DNA from: Malacoraja senta
Lineage: Eukaryota
Direction of reading: 5' to 3'
Assembly: GCA_038087875.1 (NCBI GenBank)
Contig: CM075993.1
Location: 2,544,001-2,608,000, forward strand
Length of the DNA stretch: 64,000 nt
A program made the translations under genes and the position numbers. Shown here piece after piece: positions 49,631-61,607 of the stretch. The number at the start of each line of letters is the position of its first letter. Within the stretch, counting starts at the first letter, position 1. The notes beneath the pieces were generated by a model. It had not been told where the DNA came from and made no database searches. It saw only the letters and a list, made by a program, of their open reading frames with translations.

Positions 49631-50137
49631 ATAGTAACTGCAGAAGTTGGTTCCTCCTGCGCTAGACTGAAGATAGACACGAAATGCTGGAGTAACTCAG
49701 CAGGACAGTCAGCATCTCTGGAGAAAAGGAGTGGGTGACGTTGCAGGTCTGAAGAAAGGTGTCAACCGGAAATGTCACCCACTCCTTCTCTCCGGCGATG
49801 CTGCCTGTCCCGCTGAGTCACAAACGCGGCCAAGAATCTGGATACTGAGTTGGATGATCAGCCATGATCATATTGAATGGCGGTGCAGGCTCGAAGGGCC
49901 GAATGGCCTACTCCTGCACCTATTTCCTATGTTTCTAATCTATGACACTGCAACAAACCATCTTCACCCACTAAACTCTGATGGGTGCAAGGATCAGAAA
50001 CAACAACAACTTCTTCCAATAAAAACAAGATCATTTCTCTGGGTAAAAAAAGCAATAAAATGATCCGTATGAATTGCGTTCATAAAATTAATCTCAAACC
50101 GATACAGCGGTGTAATGACAAATTTGATTGTCAGTGG

Positions 50138-50422
50138 AGTTCAGTTTAGTTTAGAGATACAGAGCGGGAACAGGCCCTTCGGCCCACCGAGTCTGCACAG
50201 CCCAGTGATCCCCGCACGTTAACGCTATCCTACGCACACTAGGGACAATTTACACGTGTACCAACCTACAAATCTGCACGTATTTGGAGTGTGGGAGTAA
50301 ACTGAGGATCTCGGAGAAAACCCACGCAGGTCACGGGGAGAACGGACAAACTCGGTACAGACAGCACCTGTAGTTGGGATCGAACCCGGGTCTCTGCCGC
50401 TGTGAGGCAGCAACTCTACCGC
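50138..50422 (-). mobile_element. HE1-like SINE
   Basis: Tail, body and B box. Confidence 0.85.
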
Positions 50423-50675
50423 TGGGTCAGTTGAGTTATCCAGTAATATTGCTCTAGTGTTCCTGCAATCAGCTGTAAAACAAAGGCACATCCCATGAAC
50501 AAACAATTAGTTACTAAATTCTCCCGTCACTTTTAACCTATCATGAACATTTTATTGATCAAAGTGCACTATTTGCTGAGGTTAGAAAGTTATTTATTGT
50601 AATATTTCTGAAGAAAAGAACGTGGTTTGGGTGGTAATATGTTAAATACATTATTCACATTTTCTGTTCTTTCAT

Positions 50676-50885
50676 AGACACATAAAGCTGGAGTAACTCA
50701 GCGGGTCAGGCAGCATCTCTGGAGAAAAGGAATGGGTGATGTTTCATGTCGAGACCATTCTTCAGTCGACCCGAAACGTCACCTATTCTTTTTCTTCAGA
50801 GATGCTGCCTGTCCCGCTGAGTTACTCCAGCTTTTTGTGTCTTTCTTCGGTTAAAACCAGCATCTACAGTTCCTTCCCACATATC
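50676..50885. mobile_element. Foldback Penelope-derived mini-element with TSD
   Basis: TSD CTGTTCTTTCAT at 50664-50675 / 50886-50897. Confidence 0.8.
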
Positions 50886-51093
50886 CTGTTCTTTCATGCA
50901 CTGTCTATTTTTAGCCTCTGGAACAAAGTTTGCTTTTGTGCTCCTCTTTTCAAAGCGGACTAAATGTCATCTCTATTCCTCCCCGACACCGGGGTTACTT
51001 ACAGTACACTGAGCTCATTTACATAACTATACCATCAAATAAATATTCATTCTATCCTCATGGAAAGCAGATGGTGAATCATTCGGACAACCT

Positions 51094-51416
51094 GTTTAGT
51101 TTAGTTTAGAGATACAGCGCGGAAACAGGCCCTTCGGCCCACCGAGTCCGCACCGACCAGTGATTCCCGCACATTAACACTACCCTACATACACTAGGGA
51201 CAATTTACACTTATACCAATCCAATTAACCTACAAACCTGTATGTCTTTGGAGTGTGGGAGGAAACCGAAGATCTCCGAGAAAACCCACGTGGTCACGGG
51301 GAGAACGTACAAACTCCGTACAGACAGCGTCCGTAGTCGGGATCAACCCCCTTGGGTCCTCTGGCACTGCAAGCGCTGTAAGGCAGTGACTCTACCGCTA
51401 CGCCACCGTGACCGCC
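51094..51416 (-). mobile_element. Full-length HE1-like SINE (head-insertion variant)
   Basis: Complete from tail to head. Confidence 0.87.
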
Positions 51417-51431
51417 CGCTTCTCATGAATA

Positions 51432-52000
51432 ATTTTTTTTTTTTTTTTTTTTGAAAATATTTTTTATATGTTGTGTTTATTACACAACATATTATCATCA
51501 TTACCAGTCTTACATTTTTAAATTGATAACATTTTTTAATTGATTATATTGTCAATTATTATTACATTGTCTCCAATACCTTTTGCCTTTTTTTGTTTTT
51601 TTTAAACTAGATAGAACTAAAAAGATAGATGAAGTAAAGAAAGAAAAGAGAGAGAAAGGAAAAAAAAAAAAAAAAAAAAAGAAAACAGAAAAGAAAAAGA
51701 TAGTTAAAGAAGAATGGAAAAATTTATTAAGATAAAAAACTTCGTTCGAGATATATTCGTACATTTCAGAGTATAACATTTCATCCATTCTTTAGCCCGA
51801 GTGTTAGTCAGGTTCCTGTGCTGAACCATTCTGACCCTTTAAATAATCAATAAAGGGAGACCATGTTCCAACGAATAATTCCTGTTTGTCCAACAGGGAA
51901 AATCTGATTCTTTCCACGTTTAAGGTCTCCGTCATTTCTATAATCCACATTTTGATTGTGGGGGTTATAGGGCCTTTCCAAAATTTCATGAATAATTCTA
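51432..52000 (-). mobile_element. 5'-truncated L1 with a poly(A) tail
   Basis: ORF 51804..51989 KFWKGPITPTIKMW...WSPFIDYL; poly(T) on plus at about 51433-51452. Confidence 0.82.
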
Positions 52001-52297
52001 TCAGGTATATTTAGGATTAAGATCAATAGGTTATGGAACATTAATGGAGTCAAGAGATGTATAGGCCTGGTGGGAAAGTAGTCTGGAGACAAAAGATTGG
52101 GACGGGTCTCAACTCGAAAATTCACCTATTCCTTCTCTTCAGTGACGCTGAGTTACTCCAGCAATTTGTGTCTCTCTTCAGTGTAAACCAGCATCTGCAG
52201 TTCCTTCCTACACGATTAGCCATGATATTGGAATGGCAGATTTGGCTTACATGACCTGTCGCTTTTATTTCTGATGTGCATTGAAAGGTTATTTAGA

Positions 52298-52781
52298 ATA
52301 ACGGCAAAAAAAATGATACTTAAATTTTGGAAAAATACACCCATACCAACGCTTAAAATGTGGATTTCAAACATGTTGGACACCGCACACATCTTGAGGA
52401 AATGCGATTCCTCCTAATAGATAAATCAGACCAATTCTTAACGAGTTGGTCTCCATTTGTCGATTTTTTTGAAGCATATGGTGCAACACTATTGTAGAAG
52501 CTAACTGTTCCAGGACTGGGTGAGGGATGGTCAAGATTATAAATAACGATCTCCTTAATCTGTTACTTTCTACTCTTTCTCTCTCTATCTTCACTTTTCT
52601 TCTTTCATCCCTTTTTCCATCTCACACACTATATATCACACGTTTTTCTATCTTTTATTATTTATTCTCTCTCTTTCTTTTTCATTACTAAAAAAAAATG
52701 GAACATGTCAGTATATATTAGGCACTTTGGTGCCATATTACTGTACTTACTTCTAATAAAATTAATAAAGAAAGAAAGAAA
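52298..52781 (+). mobile_element. 5'-truncated L1 with 15-bp TSD
   Basis: Encodes ILKFWKNTPIPTLKMWISNML...WSPFVDFF; TSD GAAAGGTTATTTAGA at 52283-52297 / 52782-52796. Confidence 0.85.
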
Positions 52782-52803
52782 GAAAGGTTATTTAGATTCA
52801 GGA

Positions 52804-53205
52804 TAAACAAAAATGCTGGAGAAACTCAGCGGGTGAGGCAGCAATTATGGAGTGAAGGAATAGGTGACGTTTTGGGTCGAGACTGAAGTCTGAAGAAGGG
52901 TCTCGACACTTGTTTAAGAAAGAACTGCAGATGCTGGAAAAATCGAAGGTAGACAAAAATGCTGGAGAAACTCAGCGGGTGAGGCAGCATCTATGGAGCG
53001 AAGGAATAGGTGACGTTTCGGGTCGAGACCCGGAACGGTCTCGACCCGAAACGTCACCTATTCCTTCACTCCATAGATGCTTCCTGGTCTCGACCTGAAA
53101 CGTCACCTATTCCTTCTCTCCATAGATGCTGCCTCACCCACTGAGTTTCTCCAGCATTTTTGTCTACCTTTGATTTTTCCAGCATCTGCAGTTCTTTCTT
53201 AAACA
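52804..53205. mobile_element. Compound foldback Penelope-derived element with 12-bp TSD
   Basis: TSD TTAGATTCAGGA at 52792-52803 / 53206-53217. Confidence 0.8.
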
Positions 53206-53451
53206 TTAGATTCAGGAGCACTTTTTAATCAGTTGTCAACGATCAGATTTTAAGACTGTCCATCTAAAACATGAGATGACACAATGATTCTCATCTTATA
53301 TGGAAAAAAAGTAATTGCACCTAAAAGGCTTTGTGATAAGGCTATGGTTCACTGGTGATTGACGGGGCAACTCAAACAGGAACTTACAAGGACATTTGAG
53401 TTTCGAGATTTGCATTAAAAAATAGCGGCAGAAAAGTTACATAGATGTTGT

Positions 53452-54488
53452 AGCAATGTTACAAAATTTTGAGATTTTAAAAATAAAGTCTGCAATTTAT
53501 CCCCTCAGATAAAGCATAAAAAGAAGTTTAATTTGACACCTAATTCACTTTCATATCTTCAGTATTAAAGAAGTTATGGCCATTTTCATACTTGGAAATT
53601 AGCATCTTGTTCCCTATTGCTTTTCAATTGACTGAACACAAAAGCTGTGATCGAGGACAGTTAAAAGCCCATAACTTTCTTAAAAATTAAGATAACTGAA
53701 AGAAATTTTCAGTTATTATAGATTGAAGCATTCTGAAACAAATATGAAACAATCTTACTTAGAAGACATGAAAGTAAAGCATATAATTAGTTAGTTACCT
53801 AATTGTAGCTAATTACAAAATTCAATTACTAGATCTAAACATCTATCCATTTCTTAAGAATAGATTAACATTTTTAAACAGCCTAAGTGTCCAAATAACA
53901 TTCACACAAGAATTCACAATATAACATAATTTTTAAATCTCATTTTCATGAATTTACAGGCCAAATGGAAGGAATTGAATGTTTAATACCTGTAAATTAA
54001 TGGGCATTTAAATCATCTTGTGAGTGAGGATTTCTGGAACGCGATCATTTGGAACGTTCATTTGCGGTGAATTTAACCTCGTATCGGCATGAAAAATACT
54101 GCCGTTAGTTCGGGGAATAAAATCACCGTTTCGCATGAAAAAATGTGAATTAAAGGCTTCTTAAGAAGCACTTTTATACATTTAAAGAAACCACTTTCGT
54201 TTACCTGTCCCGTGTGTGAAATCCGTCCCCGTTATCGGCGTTGACGCTTCAGGAGCTGCTTTTAAAATTACTCTAGCGCTGACATTAACGATTTAATAAA
54301 AATAAAAAATTCACAAAACGCCCCTAGGAACGATTCTTCAGCCAACGCTTGTACTCCAACAAAATATTAACCAGGACAAGGGAGGAGAAACTGCGTTTTA
54401 ACCCCGCCCCCCCTTAAGACGCCAAAATCGCGCACACGGCCAGTGGCAGAATTACAGCGCGACTGAAGGTAAGTTTTGTAACATACCC
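53452..54488. mobile_element. Non-autonomous DNA transposon with short TIRs and a 9-bp TSD (superfamily uncertain)
   Basis: Ends AGCAATGTTACAAAA and rc GGGTATGTTACAAAA; direct repeat AGATGTTGT at 53443-53451 / 54489-54497; no ORF. Confidence 0.65.
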
Positions 54489-54570
54489 AGATGTTGTCAG
54501 ATATATTAATGCAGAACTGGTGGCATGGTGGCGCAGCGGTAGAGTTGCTGCCGTACAGCGCCAGAGAACC

Positions 54571-54608
54571 AGGGTCTGAAGAAGGGTCTCGACCCGAAAC
54601 GTCACCCT
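54571..54608 (+). ncRNA. Minimal hammerhead-like ribozyme motif
   Basis: AGGGU-CUGAAGA-A-GGGUC(UC)GACCC-GAAAC-GUC-ACCCU; 5-bp stem I, whose 5' strand comes from the host SINE target site. Confidence 0.6.
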
Positions 54609-54647
54609 TTCCTTCTCTCCAGAGATGCAGCCTGTCCCGCTGAGTAA

Positions 54648-54860
54648 AGGGCCTGTCCCACTTGGCTGCTTTTTTCGGCGACTGCTGGCATCTTTGACTG
54701 ACAAAATTCTCGGCATGCTGACGTATTGACACGCGATGTTTATTCAAGTGTCGCAACATTTTTTTTGTCGCCGCTGGATTTGGAAATGTTCAAAATCTTT
54801 TGGCGACACTGACATGACGCCGGCAGTCGCCGAAAAAATCGGCCAAGTGGGACAGGCCCT
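54648..54860. mobile_element. PIF/Harbinger-type MITE nested in a Penelope-derived repeat that is itself inside a SINE
   Basis: TIR AGGGCCTGTCCCACTTGGC; flanked by TAA/TTA. Confidence 0.87.
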
Positions 54861-55845
54861 TTACTCCAGCTTTTTGTGTCTATCTACGGTTTAAACTAGC
54901 ATCTGCAGTTCCTCCCTACACACCAGGGTTTGATCCTGACTACGGGTACTATCTGTACGGAGTTTGTACGTTCTCCCGGAGGACCTGGAGAAAACCCACG
55001 CGGTCACAGGGAGAACGTGCAAACTCCGTACAGACAGCAGCCGTAGTCAGGATCGAATGTGTAGGAAAGAACTGTTGTATTAATTACTTAATTAATGACT
55101 TGAATGTGACTTGAACTGCAGGTGCTGGTTTACACTGAAAATAGACACAAAAAGCTGGAGTAACACAGCGGGTCAGGCAGCATCTCTGGAGAGAAGGTAT
55201 AGGTGACATTTCGTGACCCAGGTGTCTGGTGCTGTGAGGCAGCAACTCTACCACTGCGCCACTTTGCCACGCCTCGGGTAAAGAAGAATTCTTTTTTTTT
55301 TAAGGAATGGGCAAATACAGAGCAATTCAAGTTGTATCAATTACTGCTGAGCATGTGCCTCAGTGATCAATGAGTAGGAAGGAACTGCAGATGCTGGTTG
55401 AAACCGAAGATAGACACAAAAAGCTGGAGTAACTCGGCGGGTCAGGCGGCTTCTCTGGTGAGAAGGAATGGGTGACGTTTTAGATCGAGACCTTCTATCC
55501 ATCCTCTTGCTCTCCAACAAATAAAGCCCTAGCCTGCTCAACCTCTCCCTATAACTCAGTCTCCGAGTCTTGGTAACATCCTGGTAAATCTTCTCTGAAA
55601 CCTTTCAAGCTTGACAACATCTTTCCTATAAAACATGGTGACCAAAACTGAACACAATACTCTAAATGTCACCAACGTCTTATATAACTGTAACATGACC
55701 TCCCAACATCTGTACTCAATACTCTGACTGATGAAGACTATCTTCGGTATAAACTGGCATCTGCAGTTCCTTCCGACACATTTTGCCTATCTTGACTGAG
55801 AATATTGTTATTTAGTTATCTACAGCATGTGGACATCATGAGACA

Positions 55846-56415
55846 TCCTTCTGCAGTTGTACAGAGCCCTAGTGAGACCACACCTGGAGTATTGTGTGCA
55901 GTTTTGGTCCCCTAATTTGAGGAAGGACATTCTTGCTATTGAGGGAGTGCAGCGTAGGTTCACCAGGTTCATTCCCGGGATGGCGGGACTGTCATATGCT
56001 GAGAGAATGGAGCGGCTGGGCTTGTACACTCTGGAGTTTAGAAGGATGAGAGGGAATCTTATTGAAACATATAAGATTGTCAAGGGTTTGGACACGCTAG
56101 AGGCAGGAAACATGTTCCCGATGTTGGGGGAGTCCAGAACCAGGGGCCAGTTTAAGAATAAGGGGACGAGGAAACACTTTTTCTCACAGAGAGTTGTGAG
56201 TCTGTGGAATTCCCTGCCTCAGAGAGCGGTGGAGGCCGGTTCTCTGGATACTTTCAAGAGGGAGCTAGATAGGGCTCTTAAAGATGGCGGAGTCATGGGG
56301 ATCTGGGGAGAAGGCAGGAACGGGGTACTGATTGGGGATGATCAGCCATGGTCACATTGAATGGCGGTGCTGGCTTGATGGGCCGAATGGCCTGCTCCTG
56401 CACTTATTGTCTATT
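55846..56415 (+). mobile_element. CR1 3' fragment
   Basis: ORF 55857..56360 LVRPHLEYCVQFWSP...FFSQRVVSLWNSLP. Confidence 0.92.
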
Positions 56416-57238
56416 GGTTGCAGGATGTTTCCAGGTGGTTAGGGGTTATGGGAAGAAGGCAGGAGAGTGGGGTTGAGAGTCTGAAGAAGGGTCTCGACAC
56501 GAAACGACACCCATTCATGCTCTCCAGGGATGCTGCCCGTCCCGCTGAGTTACTCCAGCAGTTTGTGTCTATTACATGAGAATGTTTCCGACATATATTA
56601 AGGAGCCCTGCAGATTACTGCCACCCTCAGAGCATTGCCAACCCTTGGTAATCTGATAAACAACCTGCAAAGTAAGTGAAGGCAGTACAGGGGGGCAGGA
56701 TGAACACTGCCATTGAGAACAGTTTTTAAATCTGTCCTGTTAATTATATCTCACTTCGATGGTCTGACTGACAGCAGGCCGACATGCCGTGCATTTAAAG
56801 TGATTTCTGAAAGCTGAATGCATCAGGAAGAACGCTATGTGGAAATCAATGCCAATCTATTATGTAGAGCAGTGGTGTAATCAGCGGATTTTAAAATATT
56901 AAAAAAACAAACTAGATATTTGTCACAACAGGAAGTATGTAAAAACAAATCATGCATTTAAGCAGCTTAAATGGTGAAAATTCCTTCAATCATATTGATG
57001 GTCTCGAGTTGGTATTGAGAGGAATTTATACAGTTAGAGTGCCATCTGCAGCCCATGGGTACAAAATGTGCACAAACTCAAGTTTAGTTTAGTTTATTGG
57101 CACATGCACTGAGGCTTTTGTTGCGTGCCTACCAGTCAGCGGAAAGACAATACACGATTACAATCGAGCCATTCACAGTGTAAATGATAAGGGAATAACA
57201 TTTAGTGCGAGTTAAAGCCAGTAAAGTCCAATCAAAGA

Positions 57239-57435
57239 CAGACGCAAAATGCCGGAGTAATTCAGCGGGACAGGCATACTCTCTGGAGAGAAGGAATGGG
57301 TATCGTTTCAGGTCGAAGTGACCCAAAATGTCACCCATTCCTTCTCTCCATAGATGCTGCCTGTCCCGCTGAGTTACTCCGGCATTTTGTGTCTACCTTC
57401 GGTGTAAACCATCCTCTGCAGTTCCTTCCTACACA
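57239..57435. mobile_element. Foldback Penelope-derived mini-element in a minus-strand Rex 3' end
   Basis: TSD TAAAGTCC(A/G)ATCAAAGA at 57222-57238 / 57436-57452. Confidence 0.8.
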
Positions 57436-57970
57436 TAAAGTCCGATCAAAGATAGTCTGAGGGTCACCAGAGGTCGGATGGTAGTGCAGCACTACTATCT
57501 AGTTGTGGTGGGCTGATGCCTGATAGCAGCTGGGAACCCTCTGTATCTTTTGCCCGATGGGAGAGGGGAGAAGAGGGAGTGGCCAGGATGTGACTTGTCC
57601 AGTATTATGCTGGTGGCCTTGCCGGGGCAGCATGAGGTATAAATGGAGTTAATGGAAGGGAGGTTGGTTTGCGCGATGGTCTGGGCTACGAACACAATTC
57701 ACTGCGATTTCTTGCGGTCTTGGATGGAGCTGTTCCCAAACCAAAGCTGGGATGCATCCTGATGAAATGCTTTCTATGGAGCATCTGTAGAAGTTGGTGA
57801 GAGTTGTCATGGACATGCCGAACTTCCTAAGCCATCTAAGGAAGTAGAGGCATTGGTGTGCTAATCAAGTGCAAATGCCGTTAAACTAACCGGCGTTTAC
57901 AGAGGTCGCACCACATTGCGTATATTTTTTGCTCTCCTTCACACAAACCTTCTCTGCCAGGATAGAGTAA

Positions 57971-58158
57971 TGGGCCTGTCCTACTTAGGCGACTGCCAGG
58001 GACTAGTTGTAATGGAATTCACCTGCGGCACCTGGCGACAACCTACGACAACACCTACGTCAACCTACGACAGCAAAAACCTACGACAGCAACATGTTGA
58101 AAATTTTGTGGCAGTCGCTTGTAGTCACCCAAAAAATCGCCTAAGTGGGACAGGCCCA
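57971..58158. mobile_element. PIF/Harbinger-type MITE
   Basis: TIR TGGGCCTGTCC(C/T)ACTTAGGCGA; flanked by TAA/TCA. Confidence 0.8.
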
Positions 58159-58273
58159 TCAGGGCAAGATTGCCAAGATTCTCACCTTCCACACCCATCA
58201 GCCTCTGCATTCAATGCAGTCGCTCCATTACCTACTTAAGGGTTACATTACATGAATCAGATTTTACCTAAAT

Positions 58274-59534
58274 TGGAAAGGCCTCCTCCTAAAACTCACC
58301 AAAGCACTCCCTGCCTGGGCATCAGAAACCATCAAATCTCTGCTCTCCAACCGCAGGTCCAGAGTTCACCTTGGACAGAACAAGAGTGCATGGAGAACAT
58401 AGAAGAATGGGCTCCCGCAAGGGTCAGTTATAGCCCCAACCTTGTTCAACCTTTACACAAATGACCTACCCACCACCAAATCCCGCAAATTCATCTATGC
58501 AGATGACATCTGTGTGGCCTTCCAAGCACCAGATTTTGGTACATTGGAACAGGTGCTCAATGAAGACCTTGCTAAACTAGACGAGTACTGCAAAACCTGG
58601 CGCCTAAAACCAAGCCCAGAAAAAACGGTCTCCAGTGTGTTCCACCTCCATAATGCAGAAGCCACAAGAGAACCAAACATCTATCTGAGCAGGACCAAAC
58701 TGAAGTATGCCCCCACTCCAACCTACCTCGGAGTGACCCTTGACAGGACCCTATCCTTCAAGGAACATCTCAAAAGAACAGCAGCTAAGGTGAAGTCCAG
58801 AAACAATCTCCTCAGTAAGCTTGTTGGTTCAAAGTGGGGGGCAGCAGCCCCCACACTGCGCATTTCAGCACTAGCCCTTGCATTTTCTTCAGCCGAATAT
58901 TGCGCCCCTGTTTGGTCCAGGTCATCCCACACACACCATGTGGACACCCAATTGAACTCAACAATGAGGATCATCACAGGAACAATCCACTCAACACCAC
59001 TCCCCTGGCTCCCTGTCCTATCCAATATAGCCCCTCCACACATCCGGCGAGTAGCCCTCACTCAAAGGATGCTCCAAAAGACCAAAAACTCCCCTCATCT
59101 GCCAATTCACATGGACATCTTCAACCCACCCACGGCTCGACTTCCATCTAGACGACCAATTTGGAAGAACCTACCACCAGCTGATTTCACCACCCAATCA
59201 GCGTGGAAAAAGGAATGGGAGTCCAAGGACGTCCCAAATAAACATCTGGTGTCAGACCCAACCCTACCGGTCCCTGGCACCAATCTCCCAAGGAAGCAGT
59301 GGACGACGCTGAATAGATTCAGGACTGGACATGGCCCCTGCTTGGCCAGCCTTCACAAATGGGGCAGCAGCCCAACCCCACGGTGTGCTTGTGGAGAGCA
59401 GCAAACAATGCAACACATCATTGAAGCATGCCCTCAAAAAAGACTTAAAGGAGGACTTGTCACCCTTCATACAGCAGATCAAGAGGCAACTGCTTGGCCA
59501 AAGGACTTTGCATTCGCTAAATAAAATAAATAAA
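58274..59534 (+). mobile_element. 5'-truncated Ingi/Vingi-type non-LTR retrotransposon (RT C-half + C-terminal Cys/His motif)
   Basis: In frame from 58274 with one stop (TAG 58400-58402); motifs GLPQGSVIAP, FIYADD, YLGVTLDRTLSFKEH, WGA..LRISALAL..S.AEYCAPVW, LPVLSNIAPP, C.CG..QT..H...C; no RNase H seen; (TAAA)n tail. Confidence 0.8.
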
Positions 59535-59544
59535 CTCAGAGTCT

Positions 59545-60146
59545 GAACCTACCTGATCTCCCGGTTGCTAAGCACTTTAATTCCCCTTCCCATTCCCACA
59601 CAGACCTTCTTCAATTCCGGAGAGAGGAGGAGAACTTCTTCAAGAACGTCTGAAGAAGGGTTTCGGCCCAAAACGTTGCCTATTTCCTTCGCTCCATAGA
59701 TGCTGCTGCACCCGCTGAGTTTCTCCAGCATTTTTGTGTACCCACACAGACCTTTCTGTCCTAGATCTCCTCCAATGTCAGAATGAGGCTAAATGCAAAT
59801 TGGAGGAACAGCATCTCATATTTCACTTGGGCAGCTTACAGACCAGTGGTATGAATATTGATTTATCTAACTTCAAGTAACTCCGGCATTCCCTCTCTCT
59901 CCATCCCTCCCCCACCCAAGTCGCACCAGCTTCTCGTTTTCACCCAACAAACTGACAACGGCCTGTTTCCTTTATCACTATTACATTTTTGCATATCTTT
60001 CATTCACTGTTCTTTATCTCTCTACATCGTCTATATCTCTCGTTTCCCTTATCCCTAACCAGTCTGAAGGGTCTCGACCGAAAACGTCACCCATTCCTTC
60101 TCTCCAGAGATGCTGCCTGCCCCGCTGAGTTACTCCAGCATTTTGT
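59545..60146 (+). mobile_element. Penelope-like 3' fragment with a nested terminal-repeat copy
   Basis: PDLPVAKHFNSP...KLEEQHLIFHLGSL homology; nested piece flanked by CCCACACAGACCTT. Confidence 0.78.
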
Positions 60147-61194
60147 GACTGTCGTCATTGAGAGTATTAACTGTCTCAGCAGCGTCCGGCTGTGTCCAGG
60201 GCACTTTCTGCTACCCACGACCTTCTGGGTAAGCACCGCCGCCATTGCCAACTTGTTCCTGACGTAAACTTGAGATATCGTATAATGCAAGGTCACCAAT
60301 ATAATCAAGGATTTGAGAAGGGTCTCTACCCAAAACGTCACCCGTTCCTTCTCTCCAGAGATGCTGCCTGTCCCGCTGAGTTACTCCAGCTTTTTGTGTC
60401 TATCTTCGGTTTGAACCAGCATCTGCAGTTCCTTCCTACACTTAATCAAGGACGAGTCGCACTCTCTCCTCTTCCCTCTCCAAATCAGGCCAGAGGTACA
60501 AAAGTGTGAAAACGCACACTTCCAGATTCAGGGATCGTTTCTTCCCAGCTGTTATCAGGCAACTGGATTGTCCTATCACCAACTGGACAGCAGACCTGAG
60601 CTACTATCTATCTCATTGGAGACCCTTCGGAATGTCCCTTTATCATGTATCTGTATTCTGTGGATGGCTCGATTGTAATCATGTATAATCTTTCCATCGA
60701 CTGGTTAGCACACCACAAAAAACCTTTCACTGTACCTCGGTAGACATGACAATAAACTAAACACTTAAACTAAAATAGGCAGTCCTTGTCTGCATTGACT
60801 GGAAGACAAAACACTCTTCCCTGCAGATAATACGTCATTTTTGAACCAATGGTTTTTTTGGCAATTGAAATTTTAAGTTATTTTGTGTCATCATATCTTG
60901 AAATCGAGGCTATAACTTATGGCCAACAGATATATACTTTATGGTCAACATGTACTGTGAAGGTAGTGAAATTATTTGATTCTTTTGCATACAGTACACA
61001 AAAGGGTTGCCACAAGGCACTGACAAAGTTACAAAAGTGCCCTGAAATATAGTTGGTCCCTTCTTCGTCATCCCCCCCCCCCCCCAACCTCCATACTGGG
61101 TCCCTTGCGGGCCCCTCTTGATCTCCGCGACGTGGCCCGTCGACCTCGGCCCCCAGGGACTCCGACTTCGATGTCCCACCTCGTTCGACTGGAT

Positions 61195-61607
61195 GGATCG
61201 ACTGGGCTTGTATTCACTGGAATTTAGAACGATGAGAGGGGATCTCATGGAAACATCTTAAATTCTTAAGGGATTGGACAGGCTAGATGCAGGTAAAATG
61301 TTCCCGATGTTGGAGGAGTCCAGAAACAGTGGTCACAGTTTAAGAACCAGTGGTAGGCCATTTAGGACAGAGATTAGGAAAAACTTTTTTACCCAAAGTT
61401 GTGAATCAGTGGAATTCTCTGCCAGAGGCCAATTCACTGGATGTACTCAAGAGTTAGATGTAGCTCTTCAGGACAAGTGAATCAAGGGATATGAGGAGAA
61501 AGCAGGAACAGGGTACTGATTTTGGGTGATCAGCCATGATATTGAATGGCGGTGTTGGCTCGAAGGGTCGGAAGGCCTACTCCTGCACCTATTTTTTATG
61601 TTTCTAT
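61195..61607 (+). mobile_element. CR1 3' fragment
   Basis: DRLDAGKMFPML...KNFFTQ peptide. Confidence 0.85.
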
